A stretch of DNA of 62,661 nt, counting the filler, from Gonapodya sp. JEL0774 (taxonomy: Eukaryota), in the NCBI GenBank assembly GCA_027604505.1. It is 38 parts of 38 records of this genome, joined end to end, with 100 filler letters (N's around TTAATTAATTAA, not from the genome) between each part and the next. Parts side by side here need not be neighbours in the genome. Positions count along the whole stretch, not along the records: positions 36,432 to 37,981 come from JADIIX010002970.1; positions 38,082 to 39,631 come from JADIIX010002971.1; positions 39,732 to 41,280 come from JADIIX010002972.1; positions 41,381 to 42,929 come from JADIIX010002973.1; positions 43,030 to 44,578 come from JADIIX010002974.1; positions 44,679 to 46,226 come from JADIIX010002975.1; positions 46,327 to 47,873 come from JADIIX010002976.1; positions 47,974 to 49,520 come from JADIIX010002977.1; 30 more parts are not named here. One strand, 5' to 3'. The position numbers were made by a program, and so were the translations under genes. This document shows positions 36,432 to 49,620 of this stretch, one piece after another. A model generated the notes under the pieces. It ran no database searches and was not told where the DNA came from. It was given only the letters and a program-made list of their open reading frames with translations. Position 1 is the first letter of the stretch; the number at the start of each line of letters is the position of its first letter.

Positions 36432-37981
36432 CCGCTTTCTCTTGCTCCCCGAAGCCAAGAATCCGCTCTGCAGCCGCCGCGGTAAACGATTCTGGAGAGA
36501 TGTACCCAGTTCTGAGTTGTCGATCACTGTCCTTTAGCCTGTATATTCTGAAGTACATGTAGTACGCTTGGCTCGGGGCGATTCGAACAATCTCCGATCT
36601 TTCCACACTGAAATGATGTGTGTGCGACGAGATGTGACTACCAGAAGGATGACTGCATTCAAAATGAACTGCTTACGGATGATCGATGGGCCTGATGGAC
36701 CACGCAGGGCTGGACGCCGTTAGCTGCCTGACGACGATGTCGTTGTTTGTTTGAAGATTCTCCACCTGTCCACAAATCAAATAAACTAACAGTATCGGAT
36801 GCTAAGAGCTTATTTTTGCTGCTCTCACCTCAATCTCAAGGATAAATTCGTTCAGAGTTTGAGCACTCATTCTTGGGGTGAACGTTCGAATCCGGATAGA
36901 TGGGAACACCTGAATGGGCATGTTGTACCGGAGCGTCCGGAAGTTTTCCTTGTCCCGAGATCCCTGGTGGGAGGAAACCGAATGAGATTTCTTGCCACTG
37001 CGTAATGTTTCAGAAAGTGCGATTTGACGCTCACCGGTGCTTGGTACCCAAAAAGAAAACGAAGAGTGTGTTTCCCCATTGTATCCCCTCGAATCCAAAT
37101 GGGGATTAACATAGTTGACCCAGAGGCAAGAACACCATGTGCAGTAGAACGTGGTGACTCCGGCGAGCTGTCAGTGGAAGAACTATCCGCGGCGGGTAGG
37201 TAAATTTGCGTGATGCCGGGTTTCGATATTCTATTTTCGAAGTGGTCCAATGAGATTTGACTAACGCCGTTCGATGGCTCCCAGGCTTTGAAACAATGGG
37301 GAGATGAAGGAATTGGGCCGGGCTAGTAACCACACAACTGCAAGGAACACCCACCAAGCATGTCTCTGTCCAAGTCCTCCTGTGCGCCAACACAAACAAA
37401 CGTAGGATGGGATGTTTTAAGTTTCAAGTTTGACAATGCTCGAAGTCCTTTGTTACTGATTTCCAGAACCCCTCTGACAACCTGACCGCTAATAAGTGTT
37501 GCGGGAAAGGCGTGGAACATCACATCCAGTAGCGGCATAGGGCTCATAACCTCCAAAATCAACGACTTGTCGGGTCCGTACACTTTGCCGAGTCTTTGCT
37601 CCTTGGTGTCGTTGAGACGCTTTCCGCGTTTTAGGAACTCGTGGCGAGTGGGTATGCTCTCAAACAGAGTGTATGCGAGTGCTGCGACCTTTATAGAGCC
37701 TATTGCTTTGGGGTAAACTCGGAGAGACATCTGCATCGTGTTGAAAACGTGGTAGGCAGAATTGTTACAGTAAGGACAGAGAATCGGTGCCAAGACACAA
37801 ACGAGATACCTAAAATTTGGACTCACCCTTCTTTTTTCCCCTGGCTTCAACTCCAGTTCAACAACTTTATCTAAGTCGAAATGCTCATTCTTTACTCTGA
37901 GCACCGTCTCGCCAGTGCTTGCCTGCGTGGGGTCGTAATCCGCGGCAGCAACAGTAACTGACTGCATCCCAACCTCATTCA
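36432..37981 (-). CDS. TRS85: TRAPP III subunit TRAPPC8/Trs85, internal exons
   Basis: KRGKRLNDTKEQRLGKVYGPDKSLILEVMSPMPLLDV..FPATLISGQV...LEISNKG matches the TRAPPC8 conserved segment. Confidence 0.8.
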
Positions 37982-38382
37982 NNNNNNNNNNNNNNNNNNN
38001 NNNNNNNNNNNNNNNNNNNNNNNNNTTAATTAATTAANNNNNNNNNNNNNNNNNNNNNNNNNNNNNNNNNNNNNNNNNNNNCTTTTTGTAATCACCGATG
38101 TCCAAGCTGACAATGTGGCCACGGGAGTCAAACAGGACAACCGGAAGCGAATGAGCCGTCCATCGAAGTCGATCTGCCATCCTCAAAGCGCATGAGGCAT
38201 ACCTCTTGCCGGATCCACCGCGAGACGCCATGTCAGGGCTATCAAAAAAATGCAGGAAGTGCGTGGAGAGATGGTTCCCGTTTGTACCCTGTCACGCGTG
38301 CACAGACCACCCAAATCAGACCACCGAAACCAGACCACCTAAACCCGACCAGACCAAAGCAAAATGTGGCAAACTGTATTTC

Positions 38383-39631
38383 CTAACTACGAAAGAAGCA
38401 GCGAGCTTTGTGTTCTCGCCATATTTTCTCTGTAATACCCTCATCCTTCAACGACCTTTTCACCTGCCACCAATGTTCAGTCAGATAGTCGCCACGAAAA
38501 GCATGTCCTATGCTGCAGGAGCTTGTGTAGAACGCGATGTCAAGCAGCATCTCTGGAGCCTTCCAATCTGGCGTACCTATGCTGCCAAATTCGCAAAGAA
38601 TAGGTCGTCCGAGCTGCCTCTCCACTGCGCGACACGCCAACTCCTCAATATCCGCAACTGTCCATACTGCAACCTCCCCTGGACTCGGTTGCTTGTAGTA
38701 CATGCTCACGCTCGTCAAGAGTCCAACACGAACGCCACGACCTCTACCCCATGGCCAATTCGGATCTTCATGCAACTTCCGCGCCACTGCTTCGTTTTCC
38801 AGTAAAAGTGTTTCGTAAGGTTTCCTATAGAGTGGAGCAGACAATGTGTCTGTCAACGGGTCGGTGAGATGCGGAGCGCCAGGCGAGCGCCGTGCAAATT
38901 CCCTGGGGCCGATCTTAGAGAGGTGTTCGCAGGAGGATCCGTATGTACCAGGAGAAGGTTTGACGTACGTGCGGACATTGCGGCCGTACCAGTTCCAGGG
39001 AACTCGTGCACCGTCAGGCATGTAGAGGTGGTGTCGTGGTGTAATGACGTTGAATCCAGGCTGCATGAGTTCTTCTTCCTCGGGTGGGGGGCGACCTAGA
39101 CCGTTCACAATCGTGACTCCCACATCTACAGGAAGTCGCCCCTCTGGATTGATGACGTCCATGATGGTGTAGAACCACGAGCGACACACGTGACGATAGA
39201 CCCTGAACCATTCTACCGATGTGATGTGACCAAATATTTCGCAAAGGATTTCTGGAGGAAGGTCTGCGAAACTCTTGTGGGATTTTGGAGCAGCGAGTGA
39301 GCGGCCTTTGCGTGTTGAGAGTGTGGGCTGTTTCGCAGCTGGCTGTTTGTTCCTGTGTCAGCATCCGCGACTGCCCATTTCAAACGGTGCATAGTAGCTC
39401 ACCTTCGTAGAAGGCGGGCAGCTTGGAGACGCTCGGTTGCGCCGAGGGCGCTTCACGCTACTATCGGTTTCGTCGGCGGAGGGGATGGACGGGGGTCGTT
39501 TCTGACCTGGCTTTAATGACACATTCGCTTGTGAAAGATTATTCTTCCTACGATTCTGAAGAGAGCAGGATTGATTCCATTGAAGATGGGGGTGACGGGG
39601 GAGGAGCATCGAGTGTGACGACTCACCGTTG
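38383..39631 (-). CDS. F-box protein
   Basis: Frame upstream of ORF 38383..39189 reads SFADLPPEILCEIFGHITSVEWFRVYRHVCRSW (F-box). Confidence 0.75.
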
Positions 39632-39731
39632 NNNNNNNNNNNNNNNNNNNNNNNNNNNNNNNNNNNNNNNNNNNNTTAATTAATTAANNNNNNNNNNNNN
39701 NNNNNNNNNNNNNNNNNNNNNNNNNNNNNNN

Positions 39732-40600
39732 CACTGGGGCATCCACTACAGCTGGCAAACGTGGCAAAGACACTTGTTGGGTGTCATCATCCTCATCCTC
39801 ATCAACAATCTGATTCTCAGTACTCAAATTTCTAGATTCCTCAATAATCTCCTCAAAAGCATCTCCACCTTGGTGGCTACCACCAGTCCCAAAGTAGTTG
39901 AAGTGAGGGAGATAGACATGTTCATAATACACCTGGATGGATCAATCACAGTTCTGTTTCCCCTCTCTGCTTTCCCATTAAGTTCTGGAGTTCTTGGTGG
40001 GCTCTCTCCATCATCAATCCCGTTTTCCTTCATCCATGCTTGCATTGAGTTTGACTTTAGAAGTTCTCCTGCATTGTCACTTCTCAGTTGGTGGTACTAC
40101 AGAGCAGCCTGAGAGTGATTGAACTTGAACCAATGGAACCCAGTACGTCCTCAATCACCTGATGTATGCTGTCTGCACACCTAACTTGGTGCAATCAGCT
40201 TTTGGTGGTCACTGGTCGTCTGGGAGCATTCAACTCCTCCCTGTGTCAAGCAAGACATCCTTGAAGGAAACAACAACCATCACATATTGTCTTTGACATC
40301 TTGGACATACACATGATGTGATGTCAATGAATCTCCACATAGGTTTGGTGCCACCATGATCTTTTTGAGAAAGTCCCCTCTCATATATGGAATGTTTCTG
40401 ACTGTGGTCAGGAAACTTGAGCCACAAGAGGGGTTATCTTCCCCTGCCTTGAAACTGGAGCAAAATGTCAGCATTTCATTGAAAATTGGAAGTCATACAT
40501 GGTAAGCACCAGATACAAGATGGGAATCAGCTTCCACTCAATATGTGTTGACACTACACTTGCTCCTTGGGTCAACAAAGAAAACGTACTTGATGGCTTG
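39732..40600 (-). mobile_element. Degenerate Ty1/Copia LTR retrotransposon integrase relic (extent approximate)
   Basis: Minus strand 40087-39940 reads LRSDNAGELL..MQAWMKENGI..SPPRTPELNGKAERGNRT (rve core); no long ORF; strong CpG depletion. Confidence 0.8.
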
Positions 40601-41795
40601 TCCCCAACCTGAAGCTAACTATATTTTGTTCCAACCATTCTTTTACATTTGATGTACACAATGAGCCAATAGTCATTTTGGAGTCAGTGGAATCATAGTT
40701 GACAGTAATGCACTCTCCTTCAGCTGCTTCCTCTGCAAGTCGTGAATACATAGGACACCACAACCTTCCCACACACTATTGAAAAAGCTTGCGCTGTAAA
40801 ATGCACATGATGAAAGATTGCTTTACAAGTGGATTTGTGACAACTCTTGCTGTTTTCTGTAATTGTCTTCTCACATGGAAATTTTCTGACTGCAGTCAGA
40901 AAACTTTGGTGGTAGGATGGGGCATTTGGATAGCGATTGAAACTTAGCTGCTGCCACCCAGCTCTGCTCCCCTTTCACAGTTGTACTCTGTCAGCACATC
41001 TAACCCAATGCAATCAGCTTGACCAGGATCCTGGATGTATGGGAATAATCATCTGCTCACAGCGTCAAGTGTTGGAACTCCAAACTTGTCTTTTCTCACA
41101 CAACACACACTACATGGGAAAATGGGCTGTTTATATGTGCTTTGACCTGCTGTGCCACACAGGCCATGTCAAAGATAGTGGACGTCCTTGTCTGTGCAAC
41201 TTCGTATATTACACGCCGGCCCCACTCATCTGTATGCGGCGGTCTATCATACAAATATATAGTACACAATATGCTCATCCNNNNNNNNNNNNNNNNNNNN
41301 NNNNNNNNNNNNNNNNNNNNNNNNTTAATTAATTAANNNNNNNNNNNNNNNNNNNNNNNNNNNNNNNNNNNNNNNNNNNNCTACAGAGAACTCCTAAGCG
41401 CAACCGCTCCATGTGATAGCCCATGTCCAATTTTCTACAACCGGGCCGACCAGCCGCCTTTAGACTTTTACGACTGTACAGGCCGACCGGGTAACGGTTT
41501 TGGCACAAATAGAGGGATCGCCTATACACAAAGTGGAAACACTGATTGATAGCCCGCTCTAGACTTTCTCGTCTCACTTCTTCAAGAACACCTCCGAAAG
41601 TCTCCACTCTCATCATCACAGGAAAAGAAGATGTTGAACGATGAGCCGACAAATGAATGAACCGAAGAAATTCAAAGCACGATTGAACTTCGCTATTGTC
41701 TTAATATTTAAATGTCGTGACATGTTCAGACGGCGAGTGCACTCTTGCGAGTTACACCTGTACATAGTAAGTTCATCACCTGCAATCTGCACACA

Positions 41796-42929
41796 ATGCA
41801 ACCCAAAGGGAAGCGCCAGTACAGGAAGCGAAAAGCCAGTAATGATGAGGAAAAGGGTGGAAACGATGGTTCAGAAGGGAAGACGAGTGATGGTAAGAGA
41901 ATTCTGACAATGAAGACGAACTGGCTTTCTGAATTCTCAAAACGAATCTCAGCAGTCGACATCATCCGAGACGCGCTCGAGCTCCGTCGACTACGAAGGA
42001 AACAGAATGGCGTGGACTCACAGGAGCTGCTGCGTGGAGATCCTGTCGTAGAGGCATTGAATCAGAAGAAGGAAGAAGGGCTCAAGTGAGCGACACCACG
42101 TGCTTTCGCCGAAAGCAAGGTATTTGACAGGTCCTGAGTAGAGAAGCAGATGCAAATGCCATGGGAGCGTTCTCCAAGAGTACTGCTCAGACGGTGATGG
42201 ATCCGACAAAGCATATGTGCGTAACTGGTGCATGGAGGACGTCTGTTCCGTCATCGGACGCATTATGACTTTCATCTCTATATCAAAGGGAGAAGTTCAT
42301 TGAAAAGGAGCTGAAGAAACGACAGAAAAGCGCTGAACCTGAGGACGATGCAGGAGCTGCTGATCCTCCATCAGCATCTGTACAACTCGTCACGGATCCA
42401 AATGAGCTGCTTTATCAAATCCCGGAGCACCTAAGAGTGAGTTGCTCTGAGACATCCTTCGGCTCTGCTTTCCGGTGACCGTTTGAGGATAACATTGAAC
42501 TCTGCGTTGCTGAAGGTTGCAGCGAAGCCCGTTCAAGAGGGTAATGTAACTCTCTCCACCACGATGCTCACAGCTATACCGGAAATTGATCTCGGAATCG
42601 AGTAAGCGTTTTGAGAGAATGCCACAACTTGGGCTCTGATGTTGAAGCTTTCTGCATCAACTAGCTCCAAATTGCGAAACATCGAGGACACAGAAAAGGC
42701 CAAACGACGGCTCATTGAGGGGAAGAACAAGCGAGAAAATCCTGTAAGCAGGGTGTTACTCTCAAATTGGTTTCCGATTACCGTACTCATTCAACTCCCA
42801 GGAGAGTTTTGTTGGCTCTTCACAGGCAGCTGCCGACCGATGTGAGTTAAACTTATGAAAACGCAGTTGCAGGCTCAAAATAACCACGTGCGGTTGGTTA
42901 CCAACAGTTCTCCGGAATTCTCGGGCCCC
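41796..42929 (+). CDS. C9orf78/Tls1 (Hep_59) splicing-associated protein
   Basis: KRQYRKRK, ALELRRLRRKQNGVD, KFIEKELKKR, LYQIPEHL, MLTAIPEIDLGI..KLRNIEDTEKAKRRL across several introns. Confidence 0.85.
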
Positions 42930-43029
42930 NNNNNNNNNNNNNNNNNNNNNNNNNNNNNNNNNNNNNNNNNNNNTTAATTAATTAANNNNNNNNNNNNNNN
43001 NNNNNNNNNNNNNNNNNNNNNNNNNNNNN

Positions 43030-44038
43030 ACGACTACTAAAGCGCCGCCACCTCCACCGACCACCAACATCAAAACCACTTCAACAACTACGGCCGCTCA
43101 GCCTCCGCCTCCACCTGCCGTCGTCACCACGACAGTGAAGAAATCAACGACTACAAACCCGGTGCAGAAGACAACCACCGTGACTTTGCCAACATCGTCC
43201 CCTTGCGGAAACGCGGCATACTGTGTGGACACGAGCACTCTCCCGACAGTCGTCAATCCCGCTGCGGGTACCTACCAAGTCACCGTCAAAATCTGGACCG
43301 CAACGGCAAAGGACATGCAGGTGGAGCTGCACCAGGTGAGTTTGGGGAATTCGTGAATGAAGGATACACAACTCTGTCTGAAGATATGGTGCACCTATCG
43401 CTAGAGCTCCGGATCCAAACCTATCGTGTCGAATTATGCATTCAACTCGATTGCGGCCTCGACGACCTTCAGTTACACGACTTACACCTTCAGTGTGACG
43501 TGGTCCGCTCTCAACAGTCCCCCTTACAACTGGTTCGTTCTGAGCCCCGTTAATCCTCTGATTTCTAGCTTGACAGAATCTTGGGTATCTTGCACTCTAG
43601 GTTTGTCTGGATTACGCCTCCAGGTGCTAACTGGGGTGGACAGCTATGGAACAAGGAGATCCCCGTTACCCTCGGCTCGGGGCCGTCTCCTCCGCCCAGC
43701 TCACCCCCACCACCGCCGCCACCACCTTCTGGTATCCCTATCTCAACTGACTCAACTTGTGGACCGGCTGTGAACAGGTTCTGCCCAGCGCCACAATGCT
43801 GCTCTCAATATGGTGAGCTTCGTCCGACGAATAATGCAGGACTTAAGTAGCAAGCTACACCACGTCTTCTTACACTATTTCTCATCTCTGCTATTTTCAG
43901 GCTGGTGTGGCACGACCTCGGCATAGTAAGTTTGGGAGAGCGTGGCAATGATCTCGACTGGTCCATCGATATTGATTCTTGTTTCCTCTATTCAGCTGTG
44001 GTACAGGATGCCAAAAGACATACGGTGCATGCTCGTAA
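43030..44038 (+). CDS. Thr/Pro-rich protein with C-terminal hevein-like chitin-binding domain (CBM18)
   Basis: Spliced end [46 protein letters not shown]. Confidence 0.9.
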
Positions 44039-44321
44039 AATATTCCGCAAAGTGCTCTCGGGGACAACGTCGTTGGATTAGCTGGACATTAATTATAGTG
44101 GAATGAATGGGAGTTCAACTTCTGACACTGTGGTTGCGAAACGCATGGATATGTGTTTGTTACTCGTGTTTGTAGGCTATAATAATCAGTAGCTATGTGT
44201 CCAAAAAGATTACATTGCATATCCCCTAACTCTTCGCTTGGGTGAGGTTCACTATGATGGAGGATCGTGGATCTTCACCTTACACATACATGCACTGATT
44301 TGAGCTCTCCCCCACCAAAAC

Positions 44322-44578
44322 ATGTCGTTCAGCGCCTTCCGAGCACGAAAAGCCATCGGTGCTGTCCGAGTCTCCGCCGACGACGATGAATCGAAGGATG
44401 GCTCAGACAAAGAGAGGAAAACTGGTTCTGGAGGAGGAAGTGACGATGGGTTGGCGAAAAAGAGCGGTTCGGGAAGCAGCGTCAAGGGGAAGAAGGACCC
44501 GAAACAGAAGAAAGCTGTGCTGTCTTTTGGAGATGAAGAAGTGAGCGATCAGTCTTTCAAGCGATCTGTTTTACTTTA
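44322..44578 (+). CDS. N-terminus of a probable nuclear or splicing-related protein
   Basis: MSFSAFRARK...KKAVLSFGDEE followed by a GTGAG donor; motif too short to assign a family. Confidence 0.35.
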
Positions 44579-46390
44579 NNNNNNNNNNNNNNNNNNNNNN
44601 NNNNNNNNNNNNNNNNNNNNNNTTAATTAATTAANNNNNNNNNNNNNNNNNNNNNNNNNNNNNNNNNNNNNNNNNNNNTCTCTGATTCTCTGGCAAAGAC
44701 GCTACATGGGCAATGAAACGAGTGATGATCGGACACGCAGAGTAAGGTGAGCGACTGGGGCTGCTCGATGGAGACTGCCTCACCCGATTCACGTTGTCTC
44801 GATCACCAGGATCTCCACAACCAGCGACCGGGTTGAAGCGTGCTCTTGCATTCGTTCTGAGTGAGATCACGTTGTGTTTGACTGCATAGGTAGGTCTCTT
44901 GATGTTGTTCCTCGTTCCTTTCATGTTCTTCCGTATCATTTTGATTACTGGCATATTCTCATCTGAACATCACATTTGAGCAAACACACCGCATTTTTGC
45001 TCAAAGTAAGTTGTTCTAGAATGGAAGATAGGTCCTGGGTTCTGTGACATTGACGCTCGTCCATTCGTCTTTCCTCAACAGTCCTGCACAGGAACTTCAT
45101 GGCGAACAAATGTCACATGGGTTAGGTAAGCGGTTTCTCATGATGATGTGCTTCTCTCTTCTTTCAAGGGTGCGTACTGGTCTAATCACCGTCCTTTACC
45201 CAAAGCCTTTCTACTGAGTTCGTCCGGCATCGCGTTGGTAAAGATTGGTGAGTGACCAATAGTGATTTGACGCTCATATACCTGACGTTCAGTATATTTT
45301 GTAACTCCTTTCACACCACGTTGCCGCCATATGTCACACCACAGTGCGTTCATTCTGTGATGCCGCTCCGGAGACCGGATTAGACCTGTGACGTGAACCG
45401 ACGGTAAGCACAGCAACTTATGAAACTGTGACGGAGTTGATATAACTCAGATCTTCCTCTTTTGTCCCTCCCTCAGAGAACTGTCAATGCCGACACTGTG
45501 ATCGCGAAAGCTCCAGTACGCCACCCGCAGCTTAATACATGGTGAGAGATGTTGTCAATCAAGTTTGCTTCAGATTGATCAATTCTTTAATTGTCTCTCT
45601 ACTTAAGCAATGTAGCATCGCTCAATTGCGTCGGGTTTATTCATGGTCGGCAGTCGAGGCATGGTGGCAGAACGCGGCACGCAGGTGAGTCAGGCAAGGA
45701 ATAGCCGTTTTGCAATCATTTGTTCACATAACAGTGTATTCTAGCGCCAGAGTGGTTTTCTTCATATATTAGTTGAGCCGTCGTGTACTACATAGATGTT
45801 TACCACGAATAATAAAAATGCTTCCGGGCAATGGAAACCAAATTCTACCACACAAATGGTACTAAAATGGTATTTCCGGCAGAATTTAGTTCAAATTACC
45901 GCGAACATGGCATTTTGGGACGACGATCAAAATCACAATATATTACCACTTGGTATATTGCCTAAAATACCCACCCCCCATTACCATCCTGCGAAGTCGC
46001 CAGATTACCGATGGATGGTACGAGGGTGGGTATCAGGATGGTAATCCGCAGATTACCGATGAATTACCTGCAATGGTAACGGCCCAGTTTTTCCCAGTGC
46101 ACGAAAACATCAGAAGAGAATAACAAACATGCTGACGGCACTCCATGTCTCGTGTCAGGGTCACTGACGATCACCGGATATATGGACAATATATTAAGTT
46201 GAGTTTCCATGGGTTTCCAGAACATTNNNNNNNNNNNNNNNNNNNNNNNNNNNNNNNNNNNNNNNNNNNNTTAATTAATTAANNNNNNNNNNNNNNNNNN
46301 NNNNNNNNNNNNNNNNNNNNNNNNNNCTTCACAGAACTCGCACTCTGATCCGCACCCATTATCAGTCCCATCCCTTTGCCGTTTTTGCAA

Positions 46391-47284
46391 ATGGACCACA
46401 AGCACTCCCCGCACCAGCACCATCCCATCTCCGGATCTCCCACCTCCACCACTCTTGCAACCGCCTCCACCACCTTCCCCAGCTCCCGCAAAGCATCCAC
46501 CTCCCGCGAGTCAATCCGATCCAATTCTAGTCCGCCTGGGTCGGCCGAGTCGCTCACGGGGTCCAAGAAGAGACTCACGCCGGGGAAGGTGGTGGCCAAT
46601 TTCTTGAGGAGGACTTCCACCTCGGCGAAAGATCAGAACAGCGGCAGTGCGAGTACTGCAGCGTCGAGGGATAAGCTCAAGCTATCTCGAGGTCCGAGCG
46701 TACATAGTAGTGTTTCGGATATTCAAAAGACGACCAGTATAGTTGGGGGAGAGCAAGGCTCGTCGGCGATTTCCCACACAACGTCCTCACCGACTTCGGC
46801 TGCCACCACGGGCCATCTTCAGGGTACACACCACCATGCGTCTCCGAACAGCGCCTCTTCCACATCCTCTCACCCGTCACTCTCACCCGCAAGTGCACCA
46901 GCTGCACTGGGTGTCACACGTACGCCTAGTGTTGACTCTGTGGCATCGTCGGTGGTGGTCTCTCCAAACTCTCACACCTACACGCACGCGCACGTCCCAA
47001 GCACCCGCACGGCCTCCAATGGCTCCGTCACTCAGGCTAGCGCCACCTTCCTCTCTCCCCTATCGACCATCTCCGACACTCCGCCGACGGTGGGCAAGAG
47101 CCTGAGCCTGATCGTTGAGATTGACGTGCCCGGGGCTACCACGATGTCCTCGGTAGTGCAGGGCACATCAACTGTGTTGAACCTCGGTGGTGTGATGGAG
47201 CCGGTGTATGGTGGGGGGAAGGTGACACCAGAGGTGGTGAGCGTGTGGGGAAATACGCTGTTGAAGGAGATGGGAATCAAGTAA
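46391..47284 (+). CDS. Ser/Thr-rich hypothetical protein
   Basis: About 300-aa ORF of low complexity. Confidence 0.45.
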   Translation: MDHKHSPHQHHPISGSPTSTTLATASTTFPSSRKASTSRESIRSNSSPPGSAESLTGSKKRLTPGKVVANFLRRTSTSAKDQNSGSASTAASRDKLKLSRGPSVHSSVSDIQKTTSIVGGEQGSSAISHTTSSPTSAATTGHLQGTHHHASPNSASSTSSHPSLSPASAPAALGVTRTPSVDSVASSVVVSPNSHTYTHAHVPSTRTASNGSVTQASATFLSPLSTISDTPPTVGKSLSLIVEIDVPGATTMSSVVQGTSTVLNLGGVMEPVYGGGKVTPEVVSVWGNTLLKEMGIK

Positions 47285-47487
47285 AAGTGCTGGGGTGGAG
47301 TGTCAATTTCAGTACTACGTCTAATCGGGGTGGAGGGTTTGAACGAAATATTATGACTCGCCAACTATGCACAACTAAGATATGGCTTAGCGTTGCTCTA
47401 TTATAATAGTTCCACAAAGCTTCGATGACTTGAACTGTTGTGGATGACGATCAACGAGCTTTGTGCTGAGCTCCACTCCTCCCCACA

Positions 47488-47768
47488 ATGGCACCCAACA
47501 AGACGCCCGTGACCCGCAATGTTGCCAAACTGGAAACTCATTTTACGTCCATGCTGGGAATCGCGAATCCCATTGTTCTTGCTCCCAGTACGTCCCTCCG
47601 AGCTTGCTGGTTTCCGAGCCGAATCTGCTTCCGATGACGTCTCGCAGATCACTCAATCAACCTCAATTGACCCCTTTTCACCAAATATTATCTTAGTGGC
47701 GTTCAGCTCCCATGCTGAACTTGTCGCGGCCGTCGTCAGAGCGGGTGGTTTGGGTCTCATCGGTGTCG
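47488..47768 (+). CDS. Nitronate monooxygenase (2-nitropropane dioxygenase) family, first exons
   Basis: LETHFTSMLGIANPIVLAP, intron, MAFSSHAELVAAVVRAGGLGLIGVG. Confidence 0.8.
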
Positions 47769-47973
47769 GTGAGTACACGACATCAAAAGGCACAGTCATC
47801 CCTAGGACCGAACTGCATGTTCGGGAGATGCGTGTCTGTGAGAACAATCCATCCTCTATGTTTCTCGCGCGGGNNNNNNNNNNNNNNNNNNNNNNNNNNN
47901 NNNNNNNNNNNNNNNNNTTAATTAATTAANNNNNNNNNNNNNNNNNNNNNNNNNNNNNNNNNNNNNNNNNNNN

Positions 47974-49520
47974 GCAATTCCGCTGCTCCACGTCGTGCCA
48001 CACGTTCGGCTTCTCTCTTCGCCATTTCTTCAAGTAACGAGCCTTGTGAATACAGATATTTGCAGAGCAGTTGAACTTACTCACCTTCCAGCAACTGCAG
48101 GTCTGCTTTGCTTCGAGATCGAGGTCCGATCTTCGTAGTCAACTTAGTCGGTAGCGTTGCACGATGCCCTAGTATCGGTAGAGATAGAGGTTTCGATTCT
48201 TTCGCAACTGATTTCGGGGAAGGTTCTGGTGTCGTTTCATTCGGCTCGCATTCAATGCGATTGCAATCCACCGTTACAGACATCTCATCCGGCAAGGCCA
48301 CTATGGGCTTCGTTGATGGAATCGGTTCTGGTAACACGTCAACCGACGTATGTGTCGTGCATTCGTCTTCCACCGCGACACTTCTGGCATTTTGGAGGAA
48401 GGCTCGAATTCTTTCCACTCGCACACTGTGCTGTCGACGAAGTTCCCTTTCCTGTTCTGAAATTGAAAATACAAAACGTTATTCCACTTGGTGATCGTGT
48501 ACCAAAGCACGCATCGGCTCACTTTCAATTCTCATCCATTCGATCCATCCGGAGAAGGACTTTCCCAGCAAACGGAACCTCCATGAGCGGAGAGCCCGTG
48601 CCTCGTTCTCAGCATCCTCCCGCATAATGCGAGCTGCCTCAAGGACGTCACGCTGGTTGACACGTTCACGGCGACGCCGTCGCCAGAGGCGAAAGTATGA
48701 AGAAGTCAGTCGAAACGACGATAAATGCTGAATGTGCAGATATTCAAGTTGCAACCGAAGGCACTATGAATAGAGCCCTACGACTGGATAGAATGAGCCT
48801 ATTTCTACGCCTCACTTTAAGCCGCTGCAGTGATAACTTGTAAGTTTGTGTGAACTCGAGCCAACCAAGGAATGCAACCTGAATGCCGGATTGTCGACTC
48901 ATTGCAGCGACTATTCGAGACAACAGCATAGAACACAGCGATCACACTCACTCGCATATGCTTCATGTTGCGGAGCGCAAAAATTTGTTCTACCCTGGTT
49001 TTCGCGAGTTCAATCTTCCTGTTCTTTTCTCCCACATCTCGCGTGCCCTCCGCAGGCATAACTGCTGTTTGAAGAGTGTGAAGAGTGTCTGGCACCTTTT
49101 TAATGAAAACGTTTTGCATCGGATGCTGCAAGTGTGTATCTTTGACGGCTACGTTGCGAGTGCGGTTGGAACGGGGTGTGGCCCGGGCCATCACTTTCAT
49201 TGAACTTGCGTTTTGCTCTATATTGGCTTGCTTGATGAGGCGATTCACATCAGCCTCGGCAGCTCGTACGGCAGCTTCGTCGCAAGTTCTCTCCACGATA
49301 CGGGTTTCATTGCTTGACACGTTCGATTGCAAGAATTACATTTCCAAAGAGCCCAACGATGCCACCAAATGCAGCCTCACCGAATTCTTTCCGCCTCTAT
49401 CTCACATTTAAACTGGTCGCGTCTTAATCTTTCCTCTCTCGCTCTCATCCGCGATTCCACCTCCACCTGCCTCTGCAGCTCGAGTTTGCGTCTGCGTGCG
49501 GCAACGAGTTTCTGTCTCGC
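47974..49520 (-). CDS. Coiled-coil protein with Sfi1-like Trp repeats (CCDC191/Sfi1-like)
   Basis: Periodic AFLGW, YFRLWRRR, LLGKSFSGW and ITKW motifs in helical basic sequence. Confidence 0.5.
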
Positions 49521-49620
49521 NNNNNNNNNNNNNNNNNNNNNNNNNNNNNNNNNNNNNNNNNNNNTTAATTAATTAANNNNNNNNNNNNNNNNNNNNNNNN
49601 NNNNNNNNNNNNNNNNNNNN

